From: an uncultured Scytonema sp.
Lineage (GTDB): Bacteria > Cyanobacteriota > Cyanobacteriia > Cyanobacteriales > Nostocaceae
DNA: 64,000 bases
NCBI GenBank assembly: GCA_937873135.1
Contig: CALMVQ010000037.1
Location: forward strand, 2,487-66,486
Reading direction: 5' to 3'
Shown: positions 36,617-46,831 of the stretch, one piece after another
How the letters are laid out: each line of letters begins with the position of its first letter
Numbering within the stretch: position 1 is the stretch's first letter
Notes under the pieces: generated by a model
Told to the model about the DNA's origin: nothing
The model's input: only the letters and a program-made list of their open reading frames with translations
Databases searched by the model: none
Translations under genes and position numbers: made by a program

Positions 36617-37448
36617 TCGATTTTGGATTTTGGATTTTGGATTGATAAGAGCGGTTTATACCGTTCGCATGAGAATGCGCGGATTTTATATTTATGATAT
36701 TGAATAACCCAAGTTGACATCACCAGCATATGTGATATGTTGGTGACCCAGCACGCTCATGAGTGTCTCCCGCGTCCTGGTAAGGAGCGAACCCCGAAGA
36801 GTTATTAGGTCATGAGGAACTCGGAAATGGGGAATCGGGAATATAGCATTTATCGTTTGAGTCACATACATAAAATCTTCACAATACCCTATAATAAACC
36901 GATTATCCAAAGTTGTGAGAGGAAAAAATGTATAAGACACAACTGAGAAATACTATAATTTCTTACCCATTCCCTACTACCGATCCCATTACCAGCCTGC
37001 GTCCTTCCAACTAATTTGCGAGACGTTAATACCTTTAATCATATGACCTACTCGGGGGGTAAACTAAATCTACTTAAAGCTATGCGCTCGCCGTAGAAGT
37101 GTCTTGAATTGCTGCTGTCTTCTAATTTGGTGGTGGCTGTAGCACGTTGGCAACAATAGGCTTGAGTTTCCCAAATTAGAGCCAATGCACGCCCCACCCT
37201 TGCAATGAACCTAATTTATTGTATGTCAATGCTCTGGCGATTCCGCACAAGTGCATTATTTCATCGACTTGTGCCGAATCCCAACAAGAAACAACAGGGA
37301 TTATCTGAGTGTAGGTTTGTTCAATTGTCGATTTTTTACCCTGCTGTTTCTTGTTTGACCTCGCCATAACTTCTCTTTTTCTCGTGTAACTTTATGATAA
37401 CATATACTTAGACGAGCAACCCGATGTAAATCTAAAGATTATTGTCAA

Positions 37449-37631
37449 ATGGGACAGAAAAAAGTCAGGGGAGTTGGGCAGGACTATAACGAAGTCAAAC
37501 TTCACATTCACATTGTCTTAACTCCCACAGCTAAGCAACTATTGCTTGAACGAGTCAAAGAACGTGGGTGTAGAAGTATCAGTGATTTGGTGGAAAAATG
37601 GGCAAGAGGGGAACATACTTACTTTTGCTAA
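37449..37631 (+). CDS. Small putative ribbon-helix-helix-like protein
   Basis: 60 aa. VLTPTAKQLLLERVKERGCRSISDLVEKWAR resembles RHH/CopG-type folds. Weak. Confidence 0.3.
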   Translation: MGQKKVRGVGQDYNEVKLHIHIVLTPTAKQLLLERVKERGCRSISDLVEKWARGEHTYFC

Positions 37632-37777
37632 GCTTTAAGTAGATTTAAGGCAATCTGCTTCACCGCTAATGGTAAAAAAGGCATTCTTCCTTAGCATTCT
37701 GACGCTGAAAAAATGCAGAACCTTGGTTGCATTTTATTTTGTCTCCGTCCCTTAGCCATTAGTTATCGCTTTTCTAA

Positions 37778-39274
37778 TTAGTTTGAGGTACTAAAAATTA
37801 TTTGTCCATTTTGGATTGCGACTAGTTTGACTCTAAGAGGTCCGGCTGTGTAAGTTTCTTCTGCTGCGAGGGCTTTGATATCTAGAGGTTGCTCATACTG
37901 TTTCAACTGGGCGATAAAGCGAATAAAGGCACCGTCTATCTGAATATTTTCGACAATTCCGGCATTACGAGCACGAAATTGAGAAGCAGCAATCAGCTGT
38001 TCGAGCCGCTGCTGCAACTGATAAGCTGTCATGGTTTTCGGATCTGCTGTCGTTGAAGCTATCACCTCGCCTGCGGAAAAAACCACTTGATTGCGTGCAA
38101 CATCAGCAAAAAATTCTATTCGCTTTTCTCCCCTAACATAATTACCTGCGGAGAAAATTCGTACCACATATTCTTTACCATCACTAATCTGCTTGCTCAA
38201 TTGTTCAACTTGCTGCTTACTATAATCCAGGATTTGCTCGTTTACTGGATTTGTACCAGGCTCAGTGAGTTCGGTAATCGCTGTGTGATTGGCTTCAAGT
38301 AAAATTTCCAGCACCACTTGACTAGCAGAGGAGGCTTCTTGAAGATGAACTATCCCAGAAGTGAGAATCTGACCGCGTACCAATGCCAGTTTACCCAAAC
38401 GCAGGTCACGATAAGACTGGTAAAATTTTTCTAGCTTTGCGACTTCCCGTTCTAAATAATCCTGTTGTGCTTCCAATTCTTTGAGGCGAGATTCTCGTTG
38501 GGCAAGCATTTGCTCTCGCCCTGTAATTTCTAGATTGCGCTTTTGAATCAGTCGATCCAATTCAGATATTTTTTGATCGCGCAGTTCTATGCCAATCTGA
38601 CGATGGGCAAGTTCGCGATCACGTCTTTGAATAGCCGCTCTAGCATCATCAATCGCTTTTTTGGCTTCGCTGTACAGTCGCTGACGTTCTATCTTACGTA
38701 GTTCAATTTCTACCAGCAGCCTTTTTTTCTCATTGTTCAGGTTTTGAAGTTGTGCTATGGCTTGCTTATATTGAGTAACAACTTGATTCAACTCAGTTTG
38801 AGTTTGCTGGAGTTGCGCTTGAGTTTGATTTTGTTGGGCAATCGTGCGGTTTAATTGGGCTTGGGTGACTTGTTGTTTGGCGATCGCTGCCAGTAACGAC
38901 TGATTAATAAAGCGCAAGTTTTCCTGAGCCTTTGCTTGTTCAAGTCTAGCTTGGTTTAGCTCACTTTCTACCTGGCTTTTCTGGGTTTCTGTCGTTTTTA
39001 GCTGTTCGCGCTTGTGCCTGAGGTCTTTCTGAATATCTTCTAATTGAAATACCCCTTTACGCAATCCTTCATCTGCAGCAAACAAAATTGCCAAGGTTGA
39101 TGCTGAAATCAAGCTTCCTGTAAAAAGAGTTACCAGTATAGCTGTGTTTTTTGGGCGCAGGTTGAATAGTGAGAGGCGCTTTTTGCCAACACGTGTGCCA
39201 ATGCGATCGCCCACGGTGGCAATAAAGCCTCCCAGAATCAGAATTGCTGCTATGAGGATGTAGCCAGTGGTCAT
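37778..39274 (-). CDS. DUF3084-type coiled-coil membrane protein
   Basis: Two N-terminal TM helices (ILIAAILILGGFIATVGDRIG) followed by a long Q/E/K-rich coiled coil, typical of the cyanobacterial DUF3084 family. Confidence 0.75.
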   Translation of the reverse strand: MTTGYILIAAILILGGFIATVGDRIGTRVGKKRLSLFNLRPKNTAILVTLFTGSLISASTLAILFAADEGLRKGVFQLEDIQKDLRHKREQLKTTETQKSQVESELNQARLEQAKAQENLRFINQSLLAAIAKQQVTQAQLNRTIAQQNQTQAQLQQTQTELNQVVTQYKQAIAQLQNLNNEKKRLLVEIELRKIERQRLYSEAKKAIDDARAAIQRRDRELAHRQIGIELRDQKISELDRLIQKRNLEITGREQMLAQRESRLKELEAQQDYLEREVAKLEKFYQSYRDLRLGKLALVRGQILTSGIVHLQEASSASQVVLEILLEANHTAITELTEPGTNPVNEQILDYSKQQVEQLSKQISDGKEYVVRIFSAGNYVRGEKRIEFFADVARNQVVFSAGEVIASTTADPKTMTAYQLQQRLEQLIAASQFRARNAGIVENIQIDGAFIRFIAQLKQYEQPLDIKALAAEETYTAGPLRVKLVAIQNGQIIFSTSN

Positions 39275-39650
39275 CTTCAGCTACCGACGTTATCCCTCCA
39301 GATACAGCCTACTACTTCCAGCCCTTGTCTGTGGGGAATTGGAGATTGGCAATACCTGAAATGACTTAATACTAGAGGTTGATTTCCAGTTGTGGAGTGT
39401 GTGCTATATCTAAAAAACACGGACATGCCTCATAGAGAAAGGGGAGACAAGGAATTCGGTTTGGCAGGCAAGAGAGAAGGACAGAGGGAGGCATTCGGTT
39501 AAGGGAGAGAAGAACCGCTTCCTTGTCCCTGTTGTCTGCCTGATCTTCCTTATCTTCCTTGTCGTCCAAATCTTCCTTGTCAATTGTTATTCAGCTTACC
39601 GTTATGTGTCGTTTCTCTACATTCAAGTTCCTTTACAACCAAGCCTGTTT

Positions 39651-40322
39651 TTAGGTAAACTGCCGACTTAAAGTCACAGGCTTATGAACAGTAATTTTTT
39701 TCTTGTGAATTGAAATCATCTTTTTTTCGCGTAAATCGCCCAGTAACCTGGTTACAGTAACGCGAGTAGAGCCAATTGCCTCTGCGATCGCTTGATGAGA
39801 CAGCTTCAGGTCAATTGTGATTCCATCTGCACAAGGTAAGCCAAAATCACGACAAAGAATTAATAAAAAACTTACTAACCTCGAACCCATGTCTCGGTGG
39901 GCAAGCGTTTCAATCATCATCTCTGTCTGTAAAATCCGCGAAGATAAACCCCGCAGCATTAACATCGACAACTCTGGATTTTCCTTGAGTGCTTGTTCTA
40001 CCTGTTCAATCGGTGCTGATAGCAGTTCCGCAGGCGTAAAAGCAACCGCATGGTAAAACCGATCTGATTTGTTTCCTGTAAGGAGGGACAAAACGCCAAA
40101 AACACTGTTTTCCCGCAATAGCGCTACTGTTATTTCTTCTCCTGCTTCGTACACCCTGGAGAGTTTTACAGCACCTTTCAAAAGAAAATAAACTCGTTCA
40201 GCTGGATCGCCAGGAAAAAAGATCGTTTTGTTACGCTCAAACGTTTCCACAACTGGCGGAAACGCTCCGGTCGCCATCTGACGAAAAACATTTGCGAGGG
40301 CTTTATCTTGTGTCACGATCAT
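39651..40322 (-). CDS. ntcA: Global nitrogen regulator NtcA (CRP/FNR family)
   Basis: [58 protein letters not shown]... and the [22 protein letters not shown] are essentially the Anabaena/Nostoc NtcA sequence. Confidence 0.97.
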   Translation of the reverse strand: MIVTQDKALANVFRQMATGAFPPVVETFERNKTIFFPGDPAERVYFLLKGAVKLSRVYEAGEEITVALLRENSVFGVLSLLTGNKSDRFYHAVAFTPAELLSAPIEQVEQALKENPELSMLMLRGLSSRILQTEMMIETLAHRDMGSRLVSFLLILCRDFGLPCADGITIDLKLSHQAIAEAIGSTRVTVTRLLGDLREKKMISIHKKKITVHKPVTLSRQFT

Positions 40323-40409
40323 CTCCCTTCCCCTACCCAATGCCGGAAAACTAAAATAGATTACCTAAGAATACACCACTAAAATCAATAAGACATGGTC
40401 AACCTTTCG

Positions 40410-40423
40410 GTACTTTCCTATAC
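40410..40423. promoter_or_regulatory. NtcA-box-like GTA-N8-TAC upstream of ntcA
   Basis: GTACTTTCCTATAC lies 88-101 bp upstream of the ntcA ATG. Confidence 0.4.
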
Positions 40424-40703
40424 TTAACCTCTTTACCTCATCTTTATTTGTTGGTGATGTTACACAATTTTTCATTTTTTCAATTTACTACTATTTCATA
40501 GTTACTTGAAAGGTTGTCACTAAAAAGTTTTATGAAGAGAAAAATCAGACAATTTGGCAACATCTTAAGAAATTAACAAGAATTGACTGGGGCAAACAGC
40601 CGAAATAATAATCATGTTTGTAAATCTACCTAAAAATAAAGACAAACTGGGTCTCAGATTCTAGTATGCTCCTAATGAGCGATCGCATGAAGAATTTATT
40701 TGT

Positions 40704-41480
40704 ATGCTAGACCTGACTGGAAAAAACGCCCTTGTAACAGGCATTGCTAATAACCGCTCCATTGCTTGGGGTATCGCCCAACAACTGCATAAAGCAGGAG
40801 CTAACTTAGGTATTACTTACTTGCCTGATGAACGAGGCAAAATGGAAAAAAAAGTCGCAGAGTTGGTAGAACCCCTCAACCCCAATCTTTTTCTTCCCTG
40901 TAATGTAGAGCTAGACGAGCAAATTCAATCTACCTTTGAGGTGATCCGCGATAAGTGGGGCAAGCTGGATATCCTTATACATTGTCTTGCGTTTGCAAAC
41001 AAAGAAGATTTAAGCGGAGACTTTAGTCAAACGTCACGTTCTGGCTTCAATCAAGCTTTAGAAATAAGTACATATTCACTGGTAAAACTGAGTGGTATAG
41101 CTAAACCTTTGATGATAGAAGGAGGAAGTATACTTACTCTTACATATTTAGGTGGTGTCAGAGCAATTCCTAACTACAATGTTATGGGAGTTGCCAAAGC
41201 AGGGCTGGAAACGAGTGTACGATACTTGGCAGCTGAACTCGGTCCACACAATATTCGAGTCAATGCCATCTCCGCAGGTCCCATCCGCACTTTAGCTTCT
41301 AGTGCCGTAGGCGGCATTTTAGACATGATCCACCATGTAGAACAAGTCGCACCACTTCGCCGCACTGTCACTCAGCTTGAAGTTGGCAATGCAGCTACTT
41401 TCTTATGCAGTGACTTGGCAAGTGGAATTACAGGGCAAGTCCTGTATGTGGATGCAGGATATGAAATTATGGGAATGTAA
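40704..41480 (+). CDS. fabI: Enoyl-ACP reductase (NADH)
   Basis: 258 aa with GIANNRSIAWGIA and YNVMGVAKAGLE (the Y-x6-K catalytic region). Confidence 0.92.
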   Translation: MLDLTGKNALVTGIANNRSIAWGIAQQLHKAGANLGITYLPDERGKMEKKVAELVEPLNPNLFLPCNVELDEQIQSTFEVIRDKWGKLDILIHCLAFANKEDLSGDFSQTSRSGFNQALEISTYSLVKLSGIAKPLMIEGGSILTLTYLGGVRAIPNYNVMGVAKAGLETSVRYLAAELGPHNIRVNAISAGPIRTLASSAVGGILDMIHHVEQVAPLRRTVTQLEVGNAATFLCSDLASGITGQVLYVDAGYEIMGM

Positions 41481-41555
41481 AATGATGGATAGTTGTTGGT
41501 TGAAAAAATGACGACTCACAACTATCCGCCATACACATTCCATTCCCTATTCCTT

Positions 41556-42179
41556 ATGCAAACAAGCGAGCGCAAAATTCTCTCTATCTCCCCTCGGATG
41601 GCCTCTGTTCACCGCACTACAGGCGAAACGGATGTACAAGTGACAATCGATCTTGATGGTACGGGGAGTTGCAAGGCGGCAACCGGCATTCCCTTTTTAG
41701 ATCACATGTTGCACCAAATCGCCTCTCATGGCTTGATTGATTTGGATGTACGATGTCAGGGAGACTTGCACATCGACGACCATCACAGTAACGAAGATGT
41801 GGGGATCACCTTAGGGCAAGCTTTCAGCAAAGCACTAGGCGATCGCAAAGGAATTGTGCGCTTTGGTCATTTTTTCGCACCTTTAGATGAAGCCTTAATT
41901 CAGGTGGCGCTTGACTTCTCCGGACGTCCCCACATCAGCTATGGTTTGCAAATTCCATCAGAGCGAGTCGGAACCTACGACACCCAACTGGTGCGGGAAT
42001 TCTTTGTAGCATTAGTAAACCACAGCCAGATGACACTGCATATTCGTCAGCTTGATGGCATAAATTCTCATCACATTATTGAGGCGACGTTTAAAGCGTT
42101 TGCACGGGCAATGCGGATGGCAATAGAGATCGATCCTCGTCGTGCTGGCCTGATTCCAAGTTCTAAGGGGATATTATGA
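41556..42179 (+). CDS. hisB: Imidazoleglycerol-phosphate dehydratase
   Basis: Contains [34 protein letters not shown] and [16 protein letters not shown] motifs. The start is taken as the ATG at 41556; the longest ORF starts at 41493. Confidence 0.9.
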   Translation: MQTSERKILSISPRMASVHRTTGETDVQVTIDLDGTGSCKAATGIPFLDHMLHQIASHGLIDLDVRCQGDLHIDDHHSNEDVGITLGQAFSKALGDRKGIVRFGHFFAPLDEALIQVALDFSGRPHISYGLQIPSERVGTYDTQLVREFFVALVNHSQMTLHIRQLDGINSHHIIEATFKAFARAMRMAIEIDPRRAGLIPSSKGIL

Positions 42180-42288
42180 CCCCGGTTGACAGACCTCGCC
42201 TAATTTTTACACCTAAATACTGATAATATTGTTGAAAAAACGGGTAACCTTTAGATAACCGTATATTTGCTGTTGCCCCTAGTACAAA

Positions 42289-43266
42289 ATGAAGTCTGTC
42301 GCAGACGTCTCGAATTCTCAAATCAATACCCCAGACACTCCGCCAGTGGTGGTCACTTCTGAGTTGCGCAAAGTATACCGCACTGGCTTCTTTTTGAATC
42401 AAAAAGTCGTATCTCTTAAAAGCTGTTCAGTGACAGTTTATCAAGGTGAAACTTTTGGGTTGCTAGGACAAAACGGAGCGGGGAAAACCACACTGTTAAA
42501 ATTATTACTAGGAATCATCCGTCCCACCTCAGGAAGGGGATTGTTGTTGGGCAAGCCACTAGGCGATCGCAGTGTCAAACAACGCATCGGCTACTTGCCA
42601 GAAAATCCCTATTTGTATGACTTCCTCACGGGCTGGGAATTTTTACAGTTTGCGGCTGGATTATTTCAAATTCCCCGGAGTGTACGCCGTCAACGCATCC
42701 CTCAACTACTGGAATTGGTGGGATTATCTCAAGCTGATGCTCTTCATAAGCAGATGCGTCGATACTCTAAAGGAATGTTACAGCGTGTCGGTGTGGCACA
42801 AGCACTCATTAACGATCCAGAATTGGTGTTTCTTGATGAGCCAATGTCTGGTCTCGATCCTATAGGACGCTACCAAATACGCGAAACTATCTTGACACTT
42901 AAAGCTGCTGGTAAGACAATTTTTTTCAACAGTCATATTCTTAGTGAGGTGGAGCAAATTTGCGATCGCGTTGCTATCCTCGACCGAGGTGAATTAGTTT
43001 GCTCTGGTTCACTCGACCAACTGTTAGGAATATCTACCACGTATCAGGTCCAAGGTCAAGGGGGTAACTGGGAGATTCTCAAAAAGTGGGTTCCCAATCT
43101 AGACTATTTACCCGATGGTTCTTGGCAAGGTACACTTCAAGGCGATTCCTATGATTTTTTAGCCAGTCTTCGTTTAATGGGAGCAAGAGTCAAGACTATA
43201 AAATTGTTCCGTCCTTCTTTAGAAGAGTTTTTTATGCAGCAGATTCAGCCAATGCAAAAGAGGTAA
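42289..43266 (+). CDS. ABC transporter ATP-binding protein (ABC-2 type)
   Basis: Walker A GQNGAGKTT, signature YSKGMLQRV, Walker B VFLDEP. Confidence 0.85.
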   Translation: MKSVADVSNSQINTPDTPPVVVTSELRKVYRTGFFLNQKVVSLKSCSVTVYQGETFGLLGQNGAGKTTLLKLLLGIIRPTSGRGLLLGKPLGDRSVKQRIGYLPENPYLYDFLTGWEFLQFAAGLFQIPRSVRRQRIPQLLELVGLSQADALHKQMRRYSKGMLQRVGVAQALINDPELVFLDEPMSGLDPIGRYQIRETILTLKAAGKTIFFNSHILSEVEQICDRVAILDRGELVCSGSLDQLLGISTTYQVQGQGGNWEILKKWVPNLDYLPDGSWQGTLQGDSYDFLASLRLMGARVKTIKLFRPSLEEFFMQQIQPMQKR

Positions 43267-43691
43267 TCAGCAACGATTTTACTACGTCAATCGACTTAAC
43301 AGCTAATAGAAACAACCAGTACTGTTCACTATTGACAAAAAAACACCAATAGGCGACAGAAAATATACTGCTCTAGAGTTGGAACTAGTTCAATGAAAGT
43401 GGCTAGTAAAGCTCCCAAATCATTAAAAAATAAAAAATAAAAAAGCTTGAAACAATTGGTTGTTGGTAGTTTGGGATAGTAAGTAGATTTCGGATATAAC
43501 TAACTAGTTTTTGTACTTAAACTATATAAACTTTAAATTAACTTCATTAAAAATTTAAGTTGACTAGACAGTTTTTTTCGGAAAAATAGGGTGGGCGCTG
43601 AAAGAAAAAATATTAGGGAACTAGAATGTTTGGGAATAGTCGAGATTAAAATGTTTAGACAGTACTTCAGTGACAGTAGTCTCAGGTAAAC

Positions 43692-45173
43692 ATGCATAAT
43701 GTAGGTTTGTTGAAATCCCTTACTCAGCCAGTTGCAGGTGTCGCTTTATTAGTTAATGTCACTATGGCTTTCCCAGGTGCTAGTCTGGCACAAAAACCAC
43801 CTGCACGAAAACAACCAGTATATTCAATTACACAAACAGTTACACGAATCAATTCAACTTATACATTGGGAGGAGGCGATCGCATCCGAATCAACGTATT
43901 TGAAGTTCCCGAATATTCAGGTGAGTACCAAATTCCCCCAGGCGGAGCAGTCAACTTACCTTTAGTTGGCAGTGTATCAGTTTTAGGGCTGACGACAGAA
44001 CAGTCGGCTGATTTAATTGCTAGGAAATATAGTCGCTATCTCAAACGTCCCATTATCTCAGTCAATCTTTTATCGCCTCGCCCTATCAATATTTTCGTTG
44101 CTGGAGAAATCACACGTCCTGGTTCTTACAGTCTGAGCCTACAAGGAGGCGCAGGTAACGATCCTGGCGTACAATACCCAACTGTATTATCAGCACTGAC
44201 GACAGCGCAAGGAGTCACCCAAAGCGCGGACATTAGTAAAGTAGAATTACGGCGTAAGTTAGGACGAGGTCCAGAGCAAGTCGAAATTATCAATTTGGAC
44301 GAACTCCGACGCACGGGGAGAGTATCGCAGGATCTGACCTTAAGGGATGGAGACACTATTTACGTGCCAATGGCAGCCACTTTAGATATAGCAAATGCAC
44401 GTAATTTAGCTGCAACAAGCTTTGCCGCCGACCCTACCAGACCCCGCACAGTTACGGTCATTGGTGAAGTTATACGTCCAGGAAGTTATCTCATCTCCCC
44501 AGGTAGTACAGAGACTTCAGCATCTACCAGTTCAAGTGGTACAGGTGCACCAAGCATAACCGGTCAACCAACTATAACCAGAGCTCTACAGGTAGCCGGA
44601 GGAATTACAGCACAAGCTGATGTTCGTAATGTTGTAGTACGCCGACCTACAAGAACTGGTGGACAACAAACTATTAAGATCAATCTCTGGCAGTTATTGG
44701 GAAGTGGAGATTCCAATCAAGATATAATTGTGCAAGATGGAGATACTATTTTCTTCCCGACTGCAACTGAAATTAGCAGTGCGGAAGCGACTCAATTAGC
44801 TAGTACGACTTTGTCTCCTACAGTGATCCACGTCAACGTAGTGGGTGAAGTTAAAAAACCAGGAGTCACAGACGTTCAGCCAAATAGCTCCTTAAATCAA
44901 GCCCTACTTGCAGCAGGTGGATTCAATGATGCCAGAGCGAGCAGAGCTAAAATAGATTTGATTCGCCTCAATCCAGATGGCTCTGTGACTAAACGTCAAG
45001 TAAAAGTAGATTTGGCATCAGGAATTAACGAGCAAACCAATCCCATACTCCGCAATAATGATGTTCTGCTAATCAGTCGGAACGGCATTACCAAGAGTTC
45101 TGAAACAGCAAATAATCTACTTAGTCCTTTAGGTACTATCTTAGGGATTTTCCGAGCTTTCTTCGGGTTCTAG
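43692..45173 (+). CDS. Polysaccharide export protein (Wza/KpsD-like, repeated SLBB-type units)
   Basis: Signal peptide present. GDRIRINVFE...PPGGAVNLPLVG is a Poly_export-like motif, and DGD(T)I(Y/F)(V/F)P occurs repeatedly. Confidence 0.75.
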   Translation: MHNVGLLKSLTQPVAGVALLVNVTMAFPGASLAQKPPARKQPVYSITQTVTRINSTYTLGGGDRIRINVFEVPEYSGEYQIPPGGAVNLPLVGSVSVLGLTTEQSADLIARKYSRYLKRPIISVNLLSPRPINIFVAGEITRPGSYSLSLQGGAGNDPGVQYPTVLSALTTAQGVTQSADISKVELRRKLGRGPEQVEIINLDELRRTGRVSQDLTLRDGDTIYVPMAATLDIANARNLAATSFAADPTRPRTVTVIGEVIRPGSYLISPGSTETSASTSSSGTGAPSITGQPTITRALQVAGGITAQADVRNVVVRRPTRTGGQQTIKINLWQLLGSGDSNQDIIVQDGDTIFFPTATEISSAEATQLASTTLSPTVIHVNVVGEVKKPGVTDVQPNSSLNQALLAAGGFNDARASRAKIDLIRLNPDGSVTKRQVKVDLASGINEQTNPILRNNDVLLISRNGITKSSETANNLLSPLGTILGIFRAFFGF

Positions 45174-45275
45174 GTATGCAAATGGGCTTGTAATTGTAAC
45201 TTAATTTCTACTCACTTATGCCCATCTCTACTCATTTTCCGGTAAGTCTAATATAAGTTGATCAACAAATTCCCT

Positions 45276-45312
45276 AAGCCGTTCTTTCCAGTCAGGGACG
45301 GCTTTTAATTTT
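45276..45312 (+). terminator. Weak intrinsic terminator-like hairpin AAGCCGT...ACGGCTT followed by TTTTAATTTTT
   Basis: 7-bp stem with a 15-nt loop and a T-rich tail, about 100 nt downstream of the export gene. Confidence 0.35.
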
Positions 45313-45388
45313 TCTCGCACACCAACTCTTACGTTGAAACAAACAGGTGTCCGGTCAAAAGGTTTGTTGCGTTAAGCAACGTCGGTTT

Positions 45389-45420
45389 ATGTAGAGACGT
45401 TCCACCGAACGTCTCTACAT
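45389..45420. repeat. Palindromic repeat ATGTAGAGACGTTC-cacc-GAACGTCTCTACAT
   Basis: Perfect 14-bp arms. Related GTAGAGACGC / GCGTCTCTAC motifs recur at 9855, 9933, 18889 and 29527. Confidence 0.6.
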
Positions 45421-45882
45421 GCTTAAAATTTACTCATCCGGTTTGGGAAAGTTTGCCTCTAAATAGGACAAAGGGGCAGAGGGCAGCTATGCTGAAGGTA
45501 ATCAATAAAAGAAGCTCGATAAGACAAGGTTTCAAGTCCTCGATTTTATTTATGGAAAAAAGGAAATATGTCTGATCGAGACGCATAGCGCGCAAAGTCT
45601 GCCGGGGGAAACTTACAAGAGCGCGCGAGCTTTGCAAAAAATACTACGTCCATACTTCGAGCCCCTGAATTCATTTAGGGAACTCCAAGAAATAAATTAT
45701 CCAATTCTTAGACTCGACCGACTTCTTCTATTCCCCCTGCTAGAATGCTCCCTCGTGATTGATTATTTTTTTATTTGGAAGTCCTTTTTGGGGCTTTACT
45801 TCAGCACGGTTGCCTTTATCATAGCTGCCTCGCCGTCAAGAGCGGCTTGACCCCTTTTGTATCATTTTACCCCAAACCTGCT

Positions 45883-46737
45883 ATGCCCCTGGACTACTCA
45901 GGTCAAAATTTGCGAGGCCGCTCCTTTAGTGGTCAAGATTTATCAGGAGCTAACTTTTCTGAATCTGACATCCGTGGGGTAAACTTTTCAACGGCTATCC
46001 TCAAAGGTGCAAATTTTAGGTATGCCTTGGCAGGATTACCACACCGTTGGGCTATTGGTTTAGTCATTGGTTCATGGCTATTGTCAGGAATATCAGGGCA
46101 GTTTTCCGGTTTGGCAGGGTTTTTAGTTACACTTACATTAGACAGAATCAACCCTGTCAACTTCAATGCTGGTGTGGCATCCTCGCTCATGCTAGTCGTG
46201 TTCTTGATCATAACTATATGTTATGGTCTAGGAACTGTCAGTATTACTGTTGCAATCGCAATAGGGATCGCTATTGATATCGCTTTCGCTTTCGGTTTTG
46301 AAGTCATTGTGATTGTTGCTGGTTCTTTGGCTTTCACTACTGCTAGTGCTAGTGTTTTAGCTGTTGCGCTTGCAATAGTGGTCTTCAGTACAATTACAAC
46401 TAAGGTAGCAGCAAAACTAGCGATTGTAGTTGCGCTCACTGTTGCTGTTGCTATTGCAACCAAGCTCAGTGGTACTAGTGCGATCGCTCACATAGTCGCA
46501 GCCACGGTCGCGGTTGCTGTAACACTACTTGGTACATACGTTGGTCACCGGACTCTGGCTAATGACCAAAAATACAAATTAATTTGGTCGCTTGTCACGA
46601 GATTAACTGCAAGAGGCACAAGCTTTAATGGTGCTGACTTGACCGACGCTGACTTCACACAAGCGACACTTAAGCATACTGACTTTAGAAACACTATTTT
46701 CGCTTCTACTTATAAGAATAGACATCAAGAGAAATGA
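45883..46737 (+). CDS. Pentapeptide-repeat protein with a central Ala/Val/Ile-rich multi-TM region
   Basis: N-terminal GQNLRGRSFSGQDLSGANFSESDIRGVNFS and C-terminal GADLTDADFTQATLKHTDF pentapeptide repeats. The start is taken as the ATG at 45883. Confidence 0.75.
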   Translation: MPLDYSGQNLRGRSFSGQDLSGANFSESDIRGVNFSTAILKGANFRYALAGLPHRWAIGLVIGSWLLSGISGQFSGLAGFLVTLTLDRINPVNFNAGVASSLMLVVFLIITICYGLGTVSITVAIAIGIAIDIAFAFGFEVIVIVAGSLAFTTASASVLAVALAIVVFSTITTKVAAKLAIVVALTVAVAIATKLSGTSAIAHIVAATVAVAVTLLGTYVGHRTLANDQKYKLIWSLVTRLTARGTSFNGADLTDADFTQATLKHTDFRNTIFASTYKNRHQEK

Positions 46738-46831
46738 TGTAGGGGCTCTCGGGCAAGAGCCCCACAAGTTTTCACAAAGCGAGGAACAAATGACTGTTGA
46801 GTGCTGACTAATGAATAGTGACTAGTCACTA

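Noticed and set aside
37176-37367. 63-aa ORF as the N-terminus of a TnpB/transposase-like protein
   Set aside because: There is only a vague resemblance (…ALTYNKL…), no continuation in any frame and no terminal repeats identified.
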